Origin: Salpingoeca rosetta
Lineage: Eukaryota; Protista; Choanoflagellata
NCBI GenBank assembly: GCA_033442325.1
Contig: JAWQFM010000019.1
Span: 760,823-824,822, forward strand
Direction: 5' to 3'
DNA: 64,000 nucleotides
Shown here in pieces: positions 61,551 through 64,000 of this stretch (position 1 is its first letter; each line of letters begins with the position of its first letter). The translations under genes and the position numbers were made by a program. Below the pieces are notes generated by a model that saw only the letters and a program-made list of their open reading frames with translations, had not been told where the DNA came from and did not search any database.

Positions 61551-62902
61551 GATGAAATGAAGGCAAGCTGTGTGTGTATGTGTGTGTGTATGTGTGTGTG
61601 TGTGTGTTTTGTGTGTGTGTGTGTGTGTGAGTGAGGGGTGAGTGTGTGTTTTGTGCTTTGTGTACTCTGGGATGCTGGCTGCGTGTGTGCTTTGTGCACG
61701 ATGCGTGAGTTGATTCTGCTGCGTCTTGTGCACGTGTGTGCGTCCTGTATTGTGGTGTCGCTGACAGAATTACAAAACAATACGACCGTGGCGCTGTGAT
61801 TCCATGCGGTTTTATTGAGAGTGTGGCGAATCTGTTTGAAGGTTTTGCTCGCGCAGGACTTGCTTGCTTGCTGAGGCGAACCTGAGTGTGCCTTTTTTTC
61901 TGTTGGTTCGTGGAGCAAACCAAACCGTTTCGAGACACCAGTGGCGTTGGTCAGGTGAGAGGGTGCGTTGTTGAGAAACGTGCGTGCGGTCTTCGGTGGA
62001 CCGTAGTGGGTGTGGGTGCGTTCTCGTGACTTCTCTGCACGCAGCGCTTTGCTTTGCCTTGCTTGCTCAGTGCGCGCAAAAAGTCGTGAGCCAACAATCA
62101 CACACACAGCCAGCGGCACAAGCAAGCGGCAAAGTCGCACAAGCAATGCGCACCTCACACAAAAAAGCACACACACACAAACAACGCAACGCACACCTTT
62201 CCCACCATCATCCCATCACAGCATCACACTTTGAATCTGCACGAGCTGCGTGCGACTTGGTTTTCGAACCTCTCGGCTCTGAAAAGCAGCAGCATTGTGT
62301 GTGCAGCAGCATCACCCCCCCCCTAACCAACTAACGCTGACGCCGTCGTCCATAATTAGAGCAACCACACAACAACAACAACAACAACAACAACACCAAC
62401 GACAACGACAAGGTGCGTGAATGCAAACGGCAACTGCAACAACGACGACGTGCATCCCTTGGTCTTGTTTGTGTTTTCGTGTGTACAGTGTTGGTTGTTG
62501 TTTATGTTGTTGTGACATTCCCTCGATCCCCCAGCCAGCGCGCTAAGCGAGTGAGCAAGCAAGATCAATCCCCACCCCCCCACACACACACCAACCAAAC
62601 CAAAGCCCCTTCTCGCACCCAAACGCGACCAACAAGCAAACAAGCAAAACTGTCGCGGCCTGCCATTCATCTGCAAGCCCCCACCCCAATTCCCAACCAA
62701 GCCCCTCGGCCTTTTCTCTGTCTCCCATTCACGCTTGTCCATCGTTCTTGTGCGTGCCTGTGTGTGTGCCCTGTGGAACCAGCCGCCCGTTGCTGATTTT
62801 CAAAACCTTCGCCTCGGCCACGTTGTTGCTTCACTTTTCAAAGCCGCCACACCGGTACGTTTGCTTGCTGCTGCTGCTGCCCATGATTGGCAAAAGGGGT
62901 AG

Positions 62903-64000
<1,098 letters not shown>

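Overview
Gene-dense, intron-rich eukaryotic DNA whose introns are full of (GT)n/(CA)n/(CACT)n/(GACA)n microsatellites and whose exons are rich in polyQ. The style and gene content suggest a choanoflagellate, probably Salpingoeca rosetta (inference). Most entries in the ORF track are microsatellite artefacts, so I built gene models by hand from GT-AG junctions and phase continuity. About 16 genes, in order: WDFY1/2-like (partial, +), S-formylglutathione hydrolase (-), INO80B (+), NDUFAF7 (-), phosphatidylinositol synthase (+), an unnamed polyQ protein with two C4 zinc fingers (+), a LAMP-family protein (-), a Musashi/DAZAP1-like 2xRRM protein (+), an EDEM-type GH47 mannosidase with a C-terminal MRH lectin domain (-), MRPS27-like (+), an amino-acid permease spanning a 100-N gap (-), an intronless piggyBac-transposase-derived gene (-), a 5'-truncated GH31 hydrolase (-), a 5'-truncated farnesyl diphosphate synthase (+), NOP9 (-) and the first exon of an ERK MAP kinase (+). 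Main findings: (1) an in-frame EDEM + OS-9-type MRH fusion, i.e. the ERAD glycan 'writer' and 'reader' in one polypeptide; (2) a putative transcription factor whose spliced zinc fingers resemble the nuclear-receptor DNA-binding domain, a family considered animal-specific; (3) a probably domesticated, catalytically dead piggyBac transposase; (4) a bacterial-type GH31 alpha-GalNAcase that now carries introns; (5) two genes that both lose their 5' halves back-to-back at about 56.5-56.8 kb. Family assignments come from motif recall, not database searches.
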